Part shown: piece by piece, positions 38,356-51,300 of the stretch | Numbering within the stretch: the stretch's first letter is position 1 | How the letters are laid out: each line of letters starts with the position of its first letter | From: Squalus acanthias | Lineage: Eukaryota | Direction: 5' to 3' | DNA length: 64,000 nucleotides | Assembly (NCBI GenBank): GCA_030390025.1 | Contig: CM059433.1 | Span: forward strand, 17,238,001 to 17,302,000 | Translations under genes and position numbers: made by a program | The notes under the pieces: generated by a model | Seen by the model: the letters and a program-made list of their open reading frames with translations, nothing else | Told to the model about the DNA's origin: nothing | Databases searched by the model: none

Positions 38356-39106
38356 GTGTGAGAAATTCACCTCCCGTTAGCGCCTCTGGGGGCGGGTGGC
38401 GATAACAGGACGCTACTGGCTTTGCGACCGGGCGCAACGAGAGTACCAATGCCCGCGAAATTCCTGGCGAGGTTTGCGGCAGCGGTAACCCCTAGCGCCA
38501 CGATCTCCTGCGTCCGGAGATCGTGACGTCATCGTGCTGCGCATCGCCCCGGTAGCGCCCCGGACCCAAAATTCGGTTCCGCCCCCTGCAGCACTGCCGG
38601 GCGACAACACCGACAGCTGCAGGAGGCGTTGTCAGGGAGGCCGGCCGCTTGGGGAGCGGAATTTAAAGGCGATGATGGTTGCGTGAAAAAAAAATCTTAA
38701 TGCCTTACGCCCATTTTTCAGCATTTTGTTCGGCTGCCATCGATCATCCCTGCACTCTGCTAGAGTGCTTGGGGCTGATCGTGACAGATCGCGGTTGCCG
38801 TCGGCGACGAGGGACCTTCGTTTCAATGCAGAGCCTGCAGCGATGGCCCTTCCCTTTAAGGGAGGGGAGGAGCCTCCGTTCCCGGCAGTGCTGCCCTCGA
38901 CATTGGGCAGCGCTGCACCGCTAGCACCCCTTTTGCCAGCTTGAGCGCTCCAAGGGAAGTGGTAGTGCTTGAATTAGTGCTCCACTTCCCTCTTGGAGTG
39001 CTACAACTGAATTTCGTGAGAGTCTATCATCATTAGCGCCTGGTGCTAATTTTTCAGCTATCGAAGTTTTCGCGCCCCAAAAGGGGCTATAATGAATGTC
39101 CCCCCC
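38356..39106 (+). mobile_element. Second related MITE directly abutting the previous one
   Basis: Decayed TIRs GTGTGAGAAATT / AATGTCCCCCCC; same TAGCGCC repeats and GTGACGTCA. Confidence 0.7.
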
Positions 39107-39665
39107 AAGCTGTTTGAAACCGACTTACTGCTAGGGCCATAATGTTTTGTAAAAGGGAAGCTATGAGGATATTCACTGAGGTGAAGAGTTTGAAATGCTG
39201 GAGGATAGTTACAAGACATCTTGTTTAAGTCAGCTGAGGCGACCCACCAACATGAGGAAGTGTGGCGTATTCATTATTTTGTACCATTATCCAAAGATAA
39301 ATTTGCACTGATTGAACAAGTGAATCAGGTCAGAACTGCTGCTCATTCACAGTAAAATAAAGCAGCTTAACGATTTGTATCGTATCTCGTCTGAAGTACT
39401 TGCTCGGTCTGTTTTTGGAGAGCTTGAAGAAGTATACGTGTGAAAAATATGAATATCGAGTCAGATCACAAGAGGCTACTGTTGTCACACTCCTGGGTTA
39501 TGCTACCACAGAGGTAGATGTTAGACAATGTGAATCAACTCCCCAAAAAGTAAATGCTCAAATCGCTTATGGGAGCAGCTCATGCGGTTCAACTCAAGAG
39601 AGTATCAGTGGCAGATCCAGATTTGCAACAGCGCTGCGAGAGAATATTTCTAAGCCAAACCTTAC

Positions 39666-39703
39666 AGAATTTGTATCCCTGATGCAGGGTCTTTTTGGAG
39701 ATT
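39666..39703 (-). CDS. Candidate host exon B (38 bp)
   Basis: attttacatttaacAG | NLQKDPASGIQI+CT | GTAAGG; phase 0 in, phase 2 out. Confidence 0.3.
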
Positions 39704-39883
39704 CTGTTAAATGTAAAATAAAAATGGCAGGCCGGGCGTGACATGCCAAAATTAGAACTTGAAAACAAACATCAAATGCTGAAATGAATTTACAAGAATT
39801 CTTCTTCCACTCAATAATTTATCTTGTCGAGAATGGCATCCAGAATTTTAATGAGGAGTCATCCACATCTACTCATCACTTAC

Positions 39884-39963
39884 CTGAATCGATGCTGCGG
39901 AATTACTGAAGTGCATATCATTTGGAGAAGGTTGCTTCTGGTCATAGGCAAACAGAATCGAAC
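39884..39963 (-). CDS. Candidate host exon A
   Basis: Consensus donor CAG|GTAAGT, phase 0; frame ...KQPSPNDMHFSNSAASIQ; acceptor position uncertain. Confidence 0.3.
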
Positions 39964-40770
39964 CTTATATAGCATGTAATTCATTACAAGTAAAAGTTCA
40001 TATCATAGATGAAAGCATCTCTGCAAATTAGTCAGCATCTGTTCATGTTTTGGATAGGCCATTTCATTAAAATCTGTGGAAAATCTGGTCACATAGCAGG
40101 TAATCGAGGCCTCCAAATTGAAAATCGGGCAACCTACAGTACACATCGCAGAAGGTTCTGGTGAATGGTCCCACCTGAAAGTTAACTGATCTGTGCATTT
40201 CCAAAATTTCTGTTCCTGATTTTGAGTTTCCAGGATTCGCGGTACTTCTTTTTACCTCTGCAAATTATATCCATTTTATTTACAAGTCAAGGTGTTTTTG
40301 GTTCCTACTAAAATTGCCTCTTGAAATGGTAATTTAAACAATTTATTCAATATTGCCCATCAGTGCTGTTACATGTCACAGGAGAGCAACACTTGCCTCA
40401 CACTTATGGCTCCAGCTTTAAGCCCCAAAAGAGTCTGGCCTGGTTTGTAACTGATGGCGTATCAGCAAGCTACTGAGATGGAGATTTTAGCCTTAGGCTG
40501 ATTTACAAAGCAACATTTTATTTAGAATGTGTAATGATACTCAGCACTGTGAGGTGTTGATAGTGAAGGTGGTTGGAATACTGCAGTTCCAGCTATATTG
40601 GTAAAACTAATGTAACTCAAGTTCCTGTTGTGATGGCTTTTAGTGTAACTTCTGCTTGGTTTTCTTGTGTTGATAAATCTGATTGTCACTGTGACAACCA
40701 TATAAACAGTTTAACAATGATGCACTCAAGTTCTTCCACCCTCCAGCTCATGCTCACACCTTTCTCCTTC

Positions 40771-41325
40771 CTCTCCCCCTCCAGCCCATCCTCGCTCTCT
40801 TCTCCCCCTCCAGCCCATCCTCGCTCTCTTCTCCCCCTCCAGCCCATCCTCACTCTCTTCTCCCCCTCCAGCCCATCCTCACTCTCTTCTCCCCCTCCAG
40901 CCCATCCTCGCTCTCTTCTCCCCCTCCAGCCCATCCTCGCTCTCTTCTCCCCCTCCAGCCCATCCTCGCTCTCTTCTCCCCCTCCAGCCCATCCTCACTC
41001 TCTTCTCCCCCTCCAGCCCATCCTCGCTCTCTTCTCCCCCTCCAGCCCATCCTCGCTCTCTTCTCCCCCTCCAGCCCATCCTCGCTCTCTTCTCCCCCTC
41101 CAGCCCATCCTCACTCTCTTCTCCCCCTCCAGCCCATCCTCACTCTCTTCTTCCCCCTCCAGCCCATCCTCGCTCTCTTCTCCCCCTCCAGCCCATCCTC
41201 GCTCTCTTCTCCCCCTCCAGCCCATCCTCGCACTCTTCTCTCCCTCCAGCCCATCCTCGCTCTCTTCTCCCCCTCCAGCCCATCCTCGCTCTCTTCTCCC
41301 CCTCCAGCCCATCCTCGCTCTCCTC
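40771..41325. repeat. 29-bp minisatellite, about 19 copies
   Basis: Unit CTCTTCTCCCCCTCCAGCCCATCCTC(G/A)CT. Confidence 0.97.
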
Positions 41326-41364
41326 TCTTCCTGTTACCCTCCCCCACCCACCCTATAAATAGGG

Positions 41365-41470
41365 TGAGGTGAAGTAAGATGGGAGGAGGCTCGTGTGAAG
41401 CATAAACACCAGGATAGACCTGTTGGGCCGAATGGCTTGTTTCTGTGCTGTAAATTCTATATAATTCTAT
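41365..41470 (+). mobile_element. SINE 3' half with a CR1-derived tail
   Basis: GGAGGAGGCTCGTGTG.AGCATAAACACC...TTGGGCCGAATGG...ATTCTAT repeats. Confidence 0.65.
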
Positions 41471-42224
41471 TTAAATATGCTCCAAATTGGACTTGCAATA
41501 AGCAGCAAGTGCCCAAATAGCACCTGTAAAATGGGCTCCATGCACTGTAAAAATGGGTGCTATTTCTTTGCCCATATTTTACACCTGAAAAGCACTACAC
41601 CTGAATTTCCTGTGTGGCTTTTCTGGTGACTGCATCTGAAGAAGGAGCAGCAATATGAACCACATACAAGTGAAGGTCAGATGGCTCTGCACACAGGTTT
41701 CCTGTAATGGTGCTAGGGGCAGACTACCCCCAGAAAAACCTAACGTTATTGCTTCCAGATCTTCCACTTACGTGCTATCTGGCTGGTAGTATTGAGAAAG
41801 GTCTTTATTTGTGTTTTTAAATAAAGAATAGTTTTTCTGCTTCAATACGTGTTGCATAATTCTGTTAGTCTTTTACACTTAGTGCTGGAGGCAGCGTTTA
41901 GTATTGTGCCACTCCCCTTTTGCGATCAGGCTTATTTTGGAGGCTTAATTTGCCTGACCCTGTCCTGAGCCACTAACAACTGATCTCTACTACAAAGCAA
42001 AAATTCCCCTTTCCTCTGTACTCTTACTCCATTCTACCTGGAATAAAAAGAGAAGCCTCACAGTCAAACCATCCCCCTCCTTCTGTTTCCTCACCATCAT
42101 TCTTCATGCCTACACTTGCTTTCCCTGCCTCTACTTACAGCTTGGCAGCACGGTGCTTTCTTACCAGTACCAACTCTTTCCAAAGCATTTAATCAGGTCA
42201 TTCCTAAGTTGTTTTTTTTAATTT

Positions 42225-42599
42225 CTTTCCTGGGATGTGGGCGTCGCTGCCAAGGCTGGCATTTATTGCCCATCCCTAATTGCCCTTGAGAAGGTGGTGG
42301 TGAGCCGCCGCCCTGAACCGCAGAGGGCAGTTAAGAGTCAACCACATTGCTGTGGGTCTGGAGTCACATATAGGCCAGATGGCAGATTTCCTTCCCTAAA
42401 GGACATTTAGTGAACCAGATGTTTTTTTTTTATGACAATCCGGTAGTTTCATGGTAACCATTACTGATACTAGCTTATTTAATTGAATTTAAATTCCCCA
42501 CAGCTGCCTGTGGTGGGATTTGAACTCACGTCTACCGGATCATTAATCCAGGCCTCTGGCTTGCTAGTCCAGTAACATAACCACTATGCTACCGTACCC
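42225..42599 (-). mobile_element. Near full-length tRNA-derived SINE
   Basis: Minus-strand GGTAGCATAGTGG A-box-like and GAGTTCAAATCC B-box; LINE-derived tail. Confidence 0.8.
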
Positions 42600-44999
42600 G
42601 GTAACATCGACTTGTGCTCGATTCGCTGCTGCCATCTCAGTCCTGTCACAGCAGTAAGAGGACATTCACAAGGGTAGGCACATTAAAATAATGGGCAACA
42701 GCAAAGCCCTTCAAATGTTTCACTTCTGGTTAGTATAATGGATTACAGCACTCTCAGTTATTCATAAGCAGGTGAAAGTATTAAAATCAAGCTTCTAAAA
42801 ACATTAAAGCCTAGCTAGGTGGATCTATTTCTCACACGGGGCTTTGATTATACTAGCTCCTTTAATGGTTTGATGGCTTTAAGACTTCAAAAACATCTAA
42901 ACATCCTGTCCCCTGTGGACCTTCCACCAATAGTGTGCTTCCATGTCTGCCCAATATCTATCCACTGGAAGATGCACAGAAAGACCTTGTGCCAACTCGG
43001 ATAGAATGCTTTCTGGTGAGCTCTGCCCAAATTGCCCTGGGACAGCACTTGTGCAAGAAAGTCAACCTTATGTGTTTTCTTCCTTTTAATACATGTGACA
43101 GAATATTGGGTATACATATAGCTTAAATTACAAGCTCATGTAACTACTCGTTTTGACATGTCATAGCCTTATAATGTTCTTGAGTTATCAGGACATCCCA
43201 AAGTGCTTTACAGCCAGTGAACTACTTTTGAAGTGCAGTCACTGTTGTAATATAGGAAATGCGTAATAGTGATGTGCAATAGCTGTAAATAAAACAGTTG
43301 TAAATGTTGCTATTTTTCCATTATCTACCTCAAAAAATTAAGATTCTACAGTTCTGCATATTTTCAAGTGTTATTGCATAAAATACAAAAAAAAGTTTAT
43401 AAACACATTGAACATATGATCTGTGCCCATCTGCAGTACTTGAAGTGTTAAAATAGTTTTCCATTTTTAATCTGCAAAATCGGAATATTGAACTTTTGAA
43501 TTGTGTTCTTAAGTTACTCATTAGATGTCAGATTTGTTTTTAAATGGTGTTAGATGTGAAGCTAATGTGAAAGATCAAAGACGTTTGTTAGCTGAATTTT
43601 AGAACCAAATAATCAAATGCGTGACTTTTTTTGTTGCATATGCACTAAAATATCTGAATAGATTCTTTCAACACTGATGCTTAGTCTGGGGTTCTGGCGT
43701 CTTTATTGACCTATGGAGATATAAAACAGGCTGCCGATTTGCTGTCTCCTGTTTTACACTCTCGCACAAAGTCAAGATCTACCTCATAAAGTGGATAAGA
43801 ATCTTGAAATGATCAGGAATTGCAAGGTCAATAGGTGAGGGCTTCAGGATCATAGCACCTCTGCATACCACCTTCCTTTAAGTTAACCTATGAATGTGAC
43901 ATTTACACTGATTTTCTTCATCATATGACACATTGCTCTGAGTCACATCTCATTTATCTGAGTTGAAATGGCAATTTTACCAACTTGTTCGAGGTTTAGT
44001 TCAGTGTTAGTCTAAATTCTTTCATTCCTCTTTCTCATTTAGTGTCCTATCATCAGAGCTTCCTTTTCTTCATTTTGTTGCTAACAGTTGCTCGATCATG
44101 CCACAAAGCTCTTCAATCTTCCTTTTATTGATCCAGTGATTTCTCAAGTTCCAAACAGTTTATTTGAGCCCTTTTTGTTATACTGTATTTGGAAAAATCG
44201 GTGCAGTTTTCAGTCTTTTATCTTCAAAAGGATATTGATGGATTAGAAAGATCTTAGAGAAGGGTGGCTAAAATGTGATTGAAATAGCCGACAGAATTGG
44301 GTTTATTCTCATTGGAAAGAAGAAAATTGAGGAGATGTAACCCAATGCTTCAAATGCTGGAAAACATGGTTAACAGGGACATGTGGTTATTTGACTTAAA
44401 TAGTGGTTGCAGCACAAGAGAACACTTTTGAGGAACAACTTGCATTGATATACTTACTTTTCACAACCAATGGGTTCTTTTCGAAGAACAGTCAGTGTTA
44501 TGTATGCAAACACAGCAGTCAATTTGAGCATAGTACGATCCACAAACAGCAAATGAATGAATGACCAGATAACCTGTTTTTAATGGTATTGGCTGAGGGA
44601 GAAATGTTGTCCAGAACACTGGGAGAATTCCTTGCTCTTAGTTCTATGGAATCTTCTATTTCTACCTGAACAGGTAGATGCGGCTTCAGTTTAACATTTC
44701 GACTGAAAGACGGCACTTCCAACAGTGCAACCATGTTGTCATTGAAAAGATGGTACCTCTGACAATGTAGCTATCCCTCATTCCTGTATTGATTATTCAG
44801 CCTAGATCATATGCGCAAGTTAACAGGAGTTTTTTTTTTCCACCGAGCTTCCTGTGGACCAGAGTCAATAATAAAAGTAATTAATGTGAAATTGAATAAT
44901 GCCTTTAAGAATGAACTGGATAAATATTTGGTCAGCATAAGAATTACCATTTTAAGATCAAGTGCTGACTGAGCTTGAATATTCTATATCTGCAGGTAG

Positions 45000-46210
45000 A
45001 TACAGCAACTGCTTGCATTTATACAGAACGTTCAGTGTGGGAAAAATGCCCTTCAGAGGCATGCGAAGAAATGGATGCCAAGCCAAAGAAGGAGACATTG
45101 GGAAGGGTGACCAAAAGCGTGGCCAAGCTTGTACATTTTAAGGAGAGGAGAGGGAGAGGGAGGTGGAGAGGCACAGGGTTTAGAGAGGGAATTTCAGGGA
45201 ATGGGACCTAGACGGATGGTGGGGCGAGGGGGCGGGGCACGCAGAAGAAGCCAGAGTCAGAGGATTGGAGCGTTTGGGTGGGAGGACATTGTAGGGCAAG
45301 GCCACCGAGGGATTTAAACACAACGATAAGGATTTTCAAGTTGAGACGTTGGGAGACCAGTAGCTAATGCAGTTCAGCAAGGAAGAGGGCTTTAGATGAG
45401 CTTAAAATGTATGGAGGGTGGAGGATGGGAGGCTGTAAGAATAAAAATATATGTTTTGTATGTGTGATGGACTCGAGACTATTAATATAAGATGTATGTA
45501 ATAAAGATAAATTTGATGTGTATGGATCTCCCCTGGTCAAGGCAACGGCGCGAAACTTAACAAAGGAAACCTGCATAACAGGATAACCCCCCACAGAGAC
45601 ACCATCGAAACTCACCATCGAAACTCAAGAGCCACTAAAAGGTGTTAATAAACAATTAACTTCAGCAAGAAAAGGCCCCAGCCACTGCAGACAGACACAT
45701 GTTCAAAGGAAAGCCAATCAAGAACTGCCATGAAACAAAGACCCAATCCTGGGGTCTTAGCAATTTAGACTAGAGACAATGGACTTAAAAAGATATAAAA
45801 CAAGGAACCCAAAGGCTCTCTCTCTCTCTCTCTCTCTGGATGACCACGCAGAAGAACAAGAAGCCCTCCCTCTACAGACCAGAACAAGAAGCAAGGAAAA
45901 AGGCCGCGTGCATTGCTTGACTCGGGGAAGTACCAGTCTGTGTAAATCTAACCCATTATCTTATGTGTTGTAATTGAGTAGAGTCCATAAATACCAGTAG
46001 GCTATTGTTTTGATGTGCATGAGTGTGTGTGTTTAATAAACTTGCATGAGTGTGTGTGTTTAATAAACTTACTCCAAATTGTTTCAAAAGAATTGGACTT
46101 GCTGGCAATTTAGTGCCAGTTGAAATAAAAAGCTTACAGGCCAGCCAGAAGAGCATTGGAGTAATCAAGTCTAGAGGTGACAGACATGTATGAGAGTTTC
46201 AGCGGCTGAT
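45000..46210 (-). mobile_element. L2 3' fragment interrupted by a solo LTR
   Basis: GGATGGGAGGC | LTR | GGCCAGCCAGAAGAGCATTGG rebuilds the reverse complement of L2 at about 4100-4130. Confidence 0.75.
45434..46138 (+). mobile_element. Solo LTR, 705 bp
   Basis: TGTAAG...CTTACA termini, GGC duplicated at the flanks, TATAAAA near 45794, tandem-duplicated AATAAA block near 46017-46070. Confidence 0.8.
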
Positions 46211-46881
46211 GGGTAATAATGGAGCAGACAAATGCATATTACTTTTAGGACTGAGCAGACTGAGTAAATATGTCTATTGAGAATGATGGATTGCAATGTT
46301 GCTCACTCAGCTTGATTCTTATAAGGGTTGTAAAGTCTCCCGTTGAAAGCATTTAGCTCCTTGGCCTCGTAAAGGCTGACAGAAAAAAGAACATTTTAAG
46401 AGAGCAGCCCTGCATGCCAGTATCGACTGCTTTGGTGCTGTACAAAGCCTGCATCTGATGGAATATTGTAGTCTTGTTTGGTAGGGAAATCCCACCTCTT
46501 GCTCATGTATCAAGTGTTGCCCAAAACCAATGTGAACCAAAGGGATGATGAGGATGGCCTACTTCATATCTGTAGCGCCTGTTTTTTGGGCGCTATGAGG
46601 CCTCTTAAAGTTCAAAAATGGCATCCGCGATGCACGCGCACACCTCCGACGGGAAGTGCGCCGGACGCCATATATGTTAAAGGATTGTGCGCGTGCATCT
46701 CACGAATGCTGGCTGCATGCAGAGCAGGCAGGTCATGAAGGCAATCAGCGTGTTTGACATCAGCGCTGCCATTTTTGAGCTCTACACTGCAGCCTACACC
46801 CTCTCTTAACATCACGCAGCTGAACGTGACGTTAAACGGCATGAAGGACCCCCCACCAGCGCTATTTAAAGGGATCATGAC

Positions 46882-47018
46882 CAATGTTCCCTCTTATATT
46901 TTTGGGGGGGGGTGCGGCCCCATTCACAGTTTTGCGAACTTTACATTGAAAAAGCTGATCCCAGGCTGTGTGGGACCGGCAGAGAGGTGCGTGGCTGCGC
47001 ACCTTATAGGGAACGCTG
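46882..47018. mobile_element. 137-bp hAT-type MITE
   Basis: TIRs CAATGTTCCC / GGGAACGCTG, 8-bp TSD ATCATGAC/ATCATGAA. Confidence 0.8.
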
Positions 47019-47419
47019 ATCATGAACTATTTACATATTAGTTGCTGGATTATTTCTCTGGCTGTTGGTGCAATTATATGCATTTTGGGAGCTTTTCCAA
47101 AGTTGTCTAAAATTTCAGTCTGGCTGGTGCTGAAGTACTATTTTGGTGACTTAAAGGCTTGTGCTGAAACCAGATGCTTGGAGACATGGGTGGCCTAGTA
47201 GGCCTTCCTCATGGCATTGACCATGACTAGGAGAAAGAAGAGAGGCCACGCAGAGCAGGACAAGCTGCTCGAAGAGGGAGGAGAAGGGCTCTCAGCAGGA
47301 GGCCATATCCGCAGATGGTGTTTAGGGTGCAATTCTCTTACCTAAACTTCAGTGACGACCAATGCTTGAGATGTCTGAACTACACTAAAGAGGTTGTGAC
47401 TGAAATCTGCCAGCTGCTG

Positions 47420-47832
47420 CAACAACAGTAACAACAACTTGCATTTATATAGAGCCTTTAACATAGTAAAACATCCCAAGGCGCTTCACAGGAGTGTTAT
47501 CAAACACAAGGAGATATTAGGGCAAATGACCAAAAGCTTGGCCAAAGAGGTAGGTCTTAAGGAGCGTCTTAAAGAAGGAAAGAGAGGTAGAGAGGCAGAG
47601 AGGTTTAGGCAAGGAATTCCCGAGCTGAGGGCCTCGGCAGCTGAAGGCACAGCCACCAATGGTGGTACAGTTAAAATCGGGTTGCCTCAGAGGCCAGAAT
47701 TGGAGGAGCATATGATATCTCGTAGGGTTGTAGGACTGGAGGAGGTTACAGAGATAGGGAGGGCCAAGGCCATGGAGGGATTTGAAAACAAGGATGAGAA
47801 TTTTAAAATCGAGGCGTTGCTTAACCGGGAGC
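47420..47832 (-). mobile_element. L2 3' end inserted in the transposase
   Basis: LPVKQRLDFKILILVFKSLHGL; (AAC)n tail at 47420. Confidence 0.9.
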
Positions 47833-48046
47833 AGGCCAAGGACCGCATTGCCTGTGGCTGTCAAGGTGACTGTGGTTCTGAACTATGTGTCTGGCTCCTT
47901 TCAGGCTGCTGCTGGAGATATAAGCAACATCTCGCAATTTTCAGTACACTGCTGAACACTGGTAACCAGAGCCATCATGGCAGAAAGCTGAGCTTCCACT
48001 GCAGCACTCAGGGAGGTTACTGAGGCTCTCTATACAAAGAGAGACA

Positions 48047-48294
48047 TGTGGCGGATCGCCACCTAAACGGGCATTTTCCACTTTTCCGTCCGTGGACAAT
48101 ATATCGAGCACCTTGCCTTTAAGGCACCTTGCCTTTAAGGCAGCAGAAAAGGAGTGGGCGGGGCCTCAGGGTTTTTCCAGAGAATTCTGGGAGCAGTCTG
48201 TTCAGCCATTTTGGACCATGCAGTTGTATTAAAAAGCCTTTTGTTTTCCACACATGGATTCAGTCTTAATTCGTGTTTCGCGGCAGCCTCAACA
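48047..48294 (+). repeat. 5' LTR (248 bp)
   Basis: Differs from the 3' LTR by 3 substitutions and a 16-bp tandem duplication GCACCTTGCCTTTAAG. Confidence 0.97.
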
Positions 48295-48295
48295 T

Positions 48296-48309
48296 TGGTG
48301 ACCCCGACG
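48296..48309 (+). promoter_or_regulatory. Primer-binding site, tRNA-Trp
   Basis: TGGTGACCCCGACG, complementary to the 3' end of vertebrate tRNA-Trp. Confidence 0.9.
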
Positions 48310-48334
48310 CTCAGAACGTATTCCGAGCACTGCA

Positions 48335-51300
48335 ATGGCGGACACGAACGCAGTTTCCGTGAAACTGCCGGAGTTTTGGGAAAACCAGCCCGAAGCCTGG
48401 TTTCTCCAAGCTGAATCCCGCTTCCGGCTGCAAAACATCACCACAGATGGGACGCAGTACGACTACCTCGTCACATCACTCGGTAGCGCCACAGTTTCGA
48501 AGGTTTGGACAGCGCTGCAGAACCCACCAGAGGAAGGCAAGTATGCACATCTCAAGGCAGCGCTCCTTAAAAAATTTACGGCCTCGGCATATCAGCAAAA
48601 CTGCCACCTCCTCGACCTTCCAGGCCTCAGTGATGCCTCACCATCAGACCTCCTCTCCCACATGCTCTCCCTCACCGACGAGAGCCCACCCGGATCCCTC
48701 TTCCGCACGCTGTTCCACCGCCAGCTCCCTCTCAGCATCCGCCCAGCGATCGTGGCATCCGGCCTCACGAACCTGGAAGCCCTGGCCGATGAGGCTGACA
48801 AGCTGCTGTCCGCTCACTCCAGCCGCGACGTCACTCCGGACCTGGCAGCCAATGCCTGGGCGCGCCCCTCACCGGCCACCACGTGGCCACAAGGACCAGC
48901 CACCAGGCCCACGGGGCCTTCGCGCCCCACTAACCCGGGCCACTGTTACTACCACGCACGGTTCGGCGCCAGGGCACAATGGTGCACACCTCCCTGCTCT
49001 TTCAAGTCCGACCCCGTACCAGCCCCCGCGATGGCCATGGGCCACGCGGGCTCCCTGCTGTACGTCACGGATGACAAAACCGGCCGCCGGTTCCTGTGCG
49101 ACAATGGAGCTCAGCACAGCATCATCCCGGCCTCCTCCCTCGACATCCAAAAGGGTGAACGAGGACCGGCGCTGGCTGCTGCTAACGGCTCGGAAATCCG
49201 GACGTACGGCACCCGGACGGTCACCCTCGACCTCGCTGGTCGCCGCTACCGATGGGAGTTCATCACTGCCAAGGTGCTCTCCCCTCTCATCGGCGCAGAT
49301 TTCCTGTGCGCCCACGGCCTACTGGTAGACATCCCTCATCACCGCCTCGTGGACATGAACACCATGTCCCCCATCCTGGGCGCCATGGCCCCCCGTCAAA
49401 CCGCCGACATGGCGTCACAGTGCCACGCCCGGGCCACGGATGACTACTCGGCACTCCTGGCCGAATTCCCGGCCCTTACCAATCCGACCTTCTCCGCGGA
49501 GGCCGCCAAACACGGGGTGGAACACTTCATCCCCACCACAGGCCCCCCGGTGTACGCCCACGCCCGCAGGCTGGACCCGGCCAAACTGGAGATCGCGCGG
49601 ACCGAGTTTGCCACCATGGAACAGCTCGGCATCATCCGCCGCTCCAACAGTCCCTGGGCCTCCCCACTCCACATCGCCCCCAAACCAGGCGGGGGTTGGC
49701 GCCCCTGCGGGGATTACCGCCGCCTCAACGATGCCACCACCCCTGATCGGTACCCCGTGCCGCACATTCAGGACTTCTCGGCTAGACTGGCTGGCCGCTC
49801 AGTCTTTTCCAAGGTCGACCTGGTGCACGGCTACCACCAAGTCCCTGTCCACCCTGTGGACGTCCCCAAGACGGCCGTAATCACCCCCTTCGGCCTGTTC
49901 GAGTTCCTGCGGATGCCCATCGGCCTCAAACGCGGCCCAGGCATTCCAACGGCTCATGGACTCGGTCCTTCGGGACCTGAAGTTCCTGTTCGTCTACCTG
50001 GACGACATCCTGGTAGCCAGTTCCTCCAAGCAGGAACACCTCGAACACCTTCGCATCCTGTTCGGGCGCCTCAGCGACCACGGGCTCATCCTCAGCCCAG
50101 CCAAATGTCAGTTCGGCCTGGACAAGATCGACTTCCTCGGCCACCACATCACCCATGCTGGGGCCATTCCCCTGCCCACCAAGGTGCAGGCCGTCCAACA
50201 ATTTCCCCGCCCCACCACCATCAAAGGCCTGCAGGAGTTCCTCGGAATGGTGAATTTCTATAACCGCTTTATCCCCAAAGCGGCATCCCTCATGAGGCCC
50301 CTGTATGAAGCCCTCCGGGGCAGGACCGGCAAGATGGCGGTCAAATGGACGGCAGACGCGTCCGCCGCCTTCGACTCCACCAAGACCGCACTCGCCAAAG
50401 CCACCCTGCTCGCGCACCCACGGCCCAATGCCAGGGTAGCGCTCACCACGGACGCCTCCAACCACGCGGTCGGCGCCGTGTATGAGCAGTGGGTCGACGG
50501 CGCCTGGCAACCACTTGCCTTCTTCAGCCGCCAACTATGCCCCCCGGAGGTCAAGTACAGCACCTTCGACCGCGAGCTCCTCGCGCTGTTCCTGGCGGTC
50601 CGCCATTTTCGGTTTTTGCTTGAGGGCCACCCCTTCACTGCGTTTGTCGACCACAAGCCCCTGACATTCGCAATGGCAAAGACAACCGACCCCTGGTCCG
50701 TCAGTCAGCAGTGCCAGCTCGCGGCAGTGTCCGAGTTCACCACGGACATCCAACACGTCTCCGGCCGAGACAATGTGGTAGCCGACTGCCTCTACCGCCC
50801 CACCATCCACGCCACACACCTAGCAGTCGACTACGCTCACCTCGCAGCAGACCAGATCACCGACCCTGATCTGCTCTCCGCACCTACCAACCTACCAGGG
50901 CTACGCCTGGCCGACGTCGCCTGTGGCCCGACCGCAGTCCCGGTCAAGTGCGACATATCCCTATGTCAACCTCGGCCCGTCGTCCCAGCGTCCTGGCGCC
51001 GCCGGGTATTCGACATTCTCCACAACCTCTCCCACCCCAGCGCCCGTGCATCCATCAAATTGGTAGCCAACCGCTTCGTCTGGCACGGCCTTCGCAAGGA
51101 TGTGCGTACTTGGGCCAACTCCTGCCTAGCCTGCCAACGGGGCAAGGTACAGCAACACACGAAAGCACCCCTCGAGGAGTTTACCGTCCCCTCGCGGAGA
51201 TTCGACCACATCCACGTGGACATCGTCGGGCCCCTGCCGCCGTCGCAAGGCCACATGCACTTGCTGACGATCGTTGACCGCACCACGCGCTGGCCCGAGG

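Noticed and set aside
40771..41325. CRISPR-like array
   Set aside because: Units are contiguous with no unique spacers, there are no cas genes, and the context is eukaryotic.
40573..41358. 261-aa S/P/L-rich ORF and its antisense ORFs
   Set aside because: Artefact of a stop-free 29-bp repeat cycling through three frames.
41636..41665. CTGAAGAAGGAGCAGC hammerhead-like start
   Set aside because: The stem II partner and GAAA box are missing.
49925..49960. Programmed ribosomal frameshift
   Set aside because: It falls inside the conserved RT motif (GLKNA), not at the gag-pol boundary, and has no clear slippery heptamer; better explained by a small deletion.
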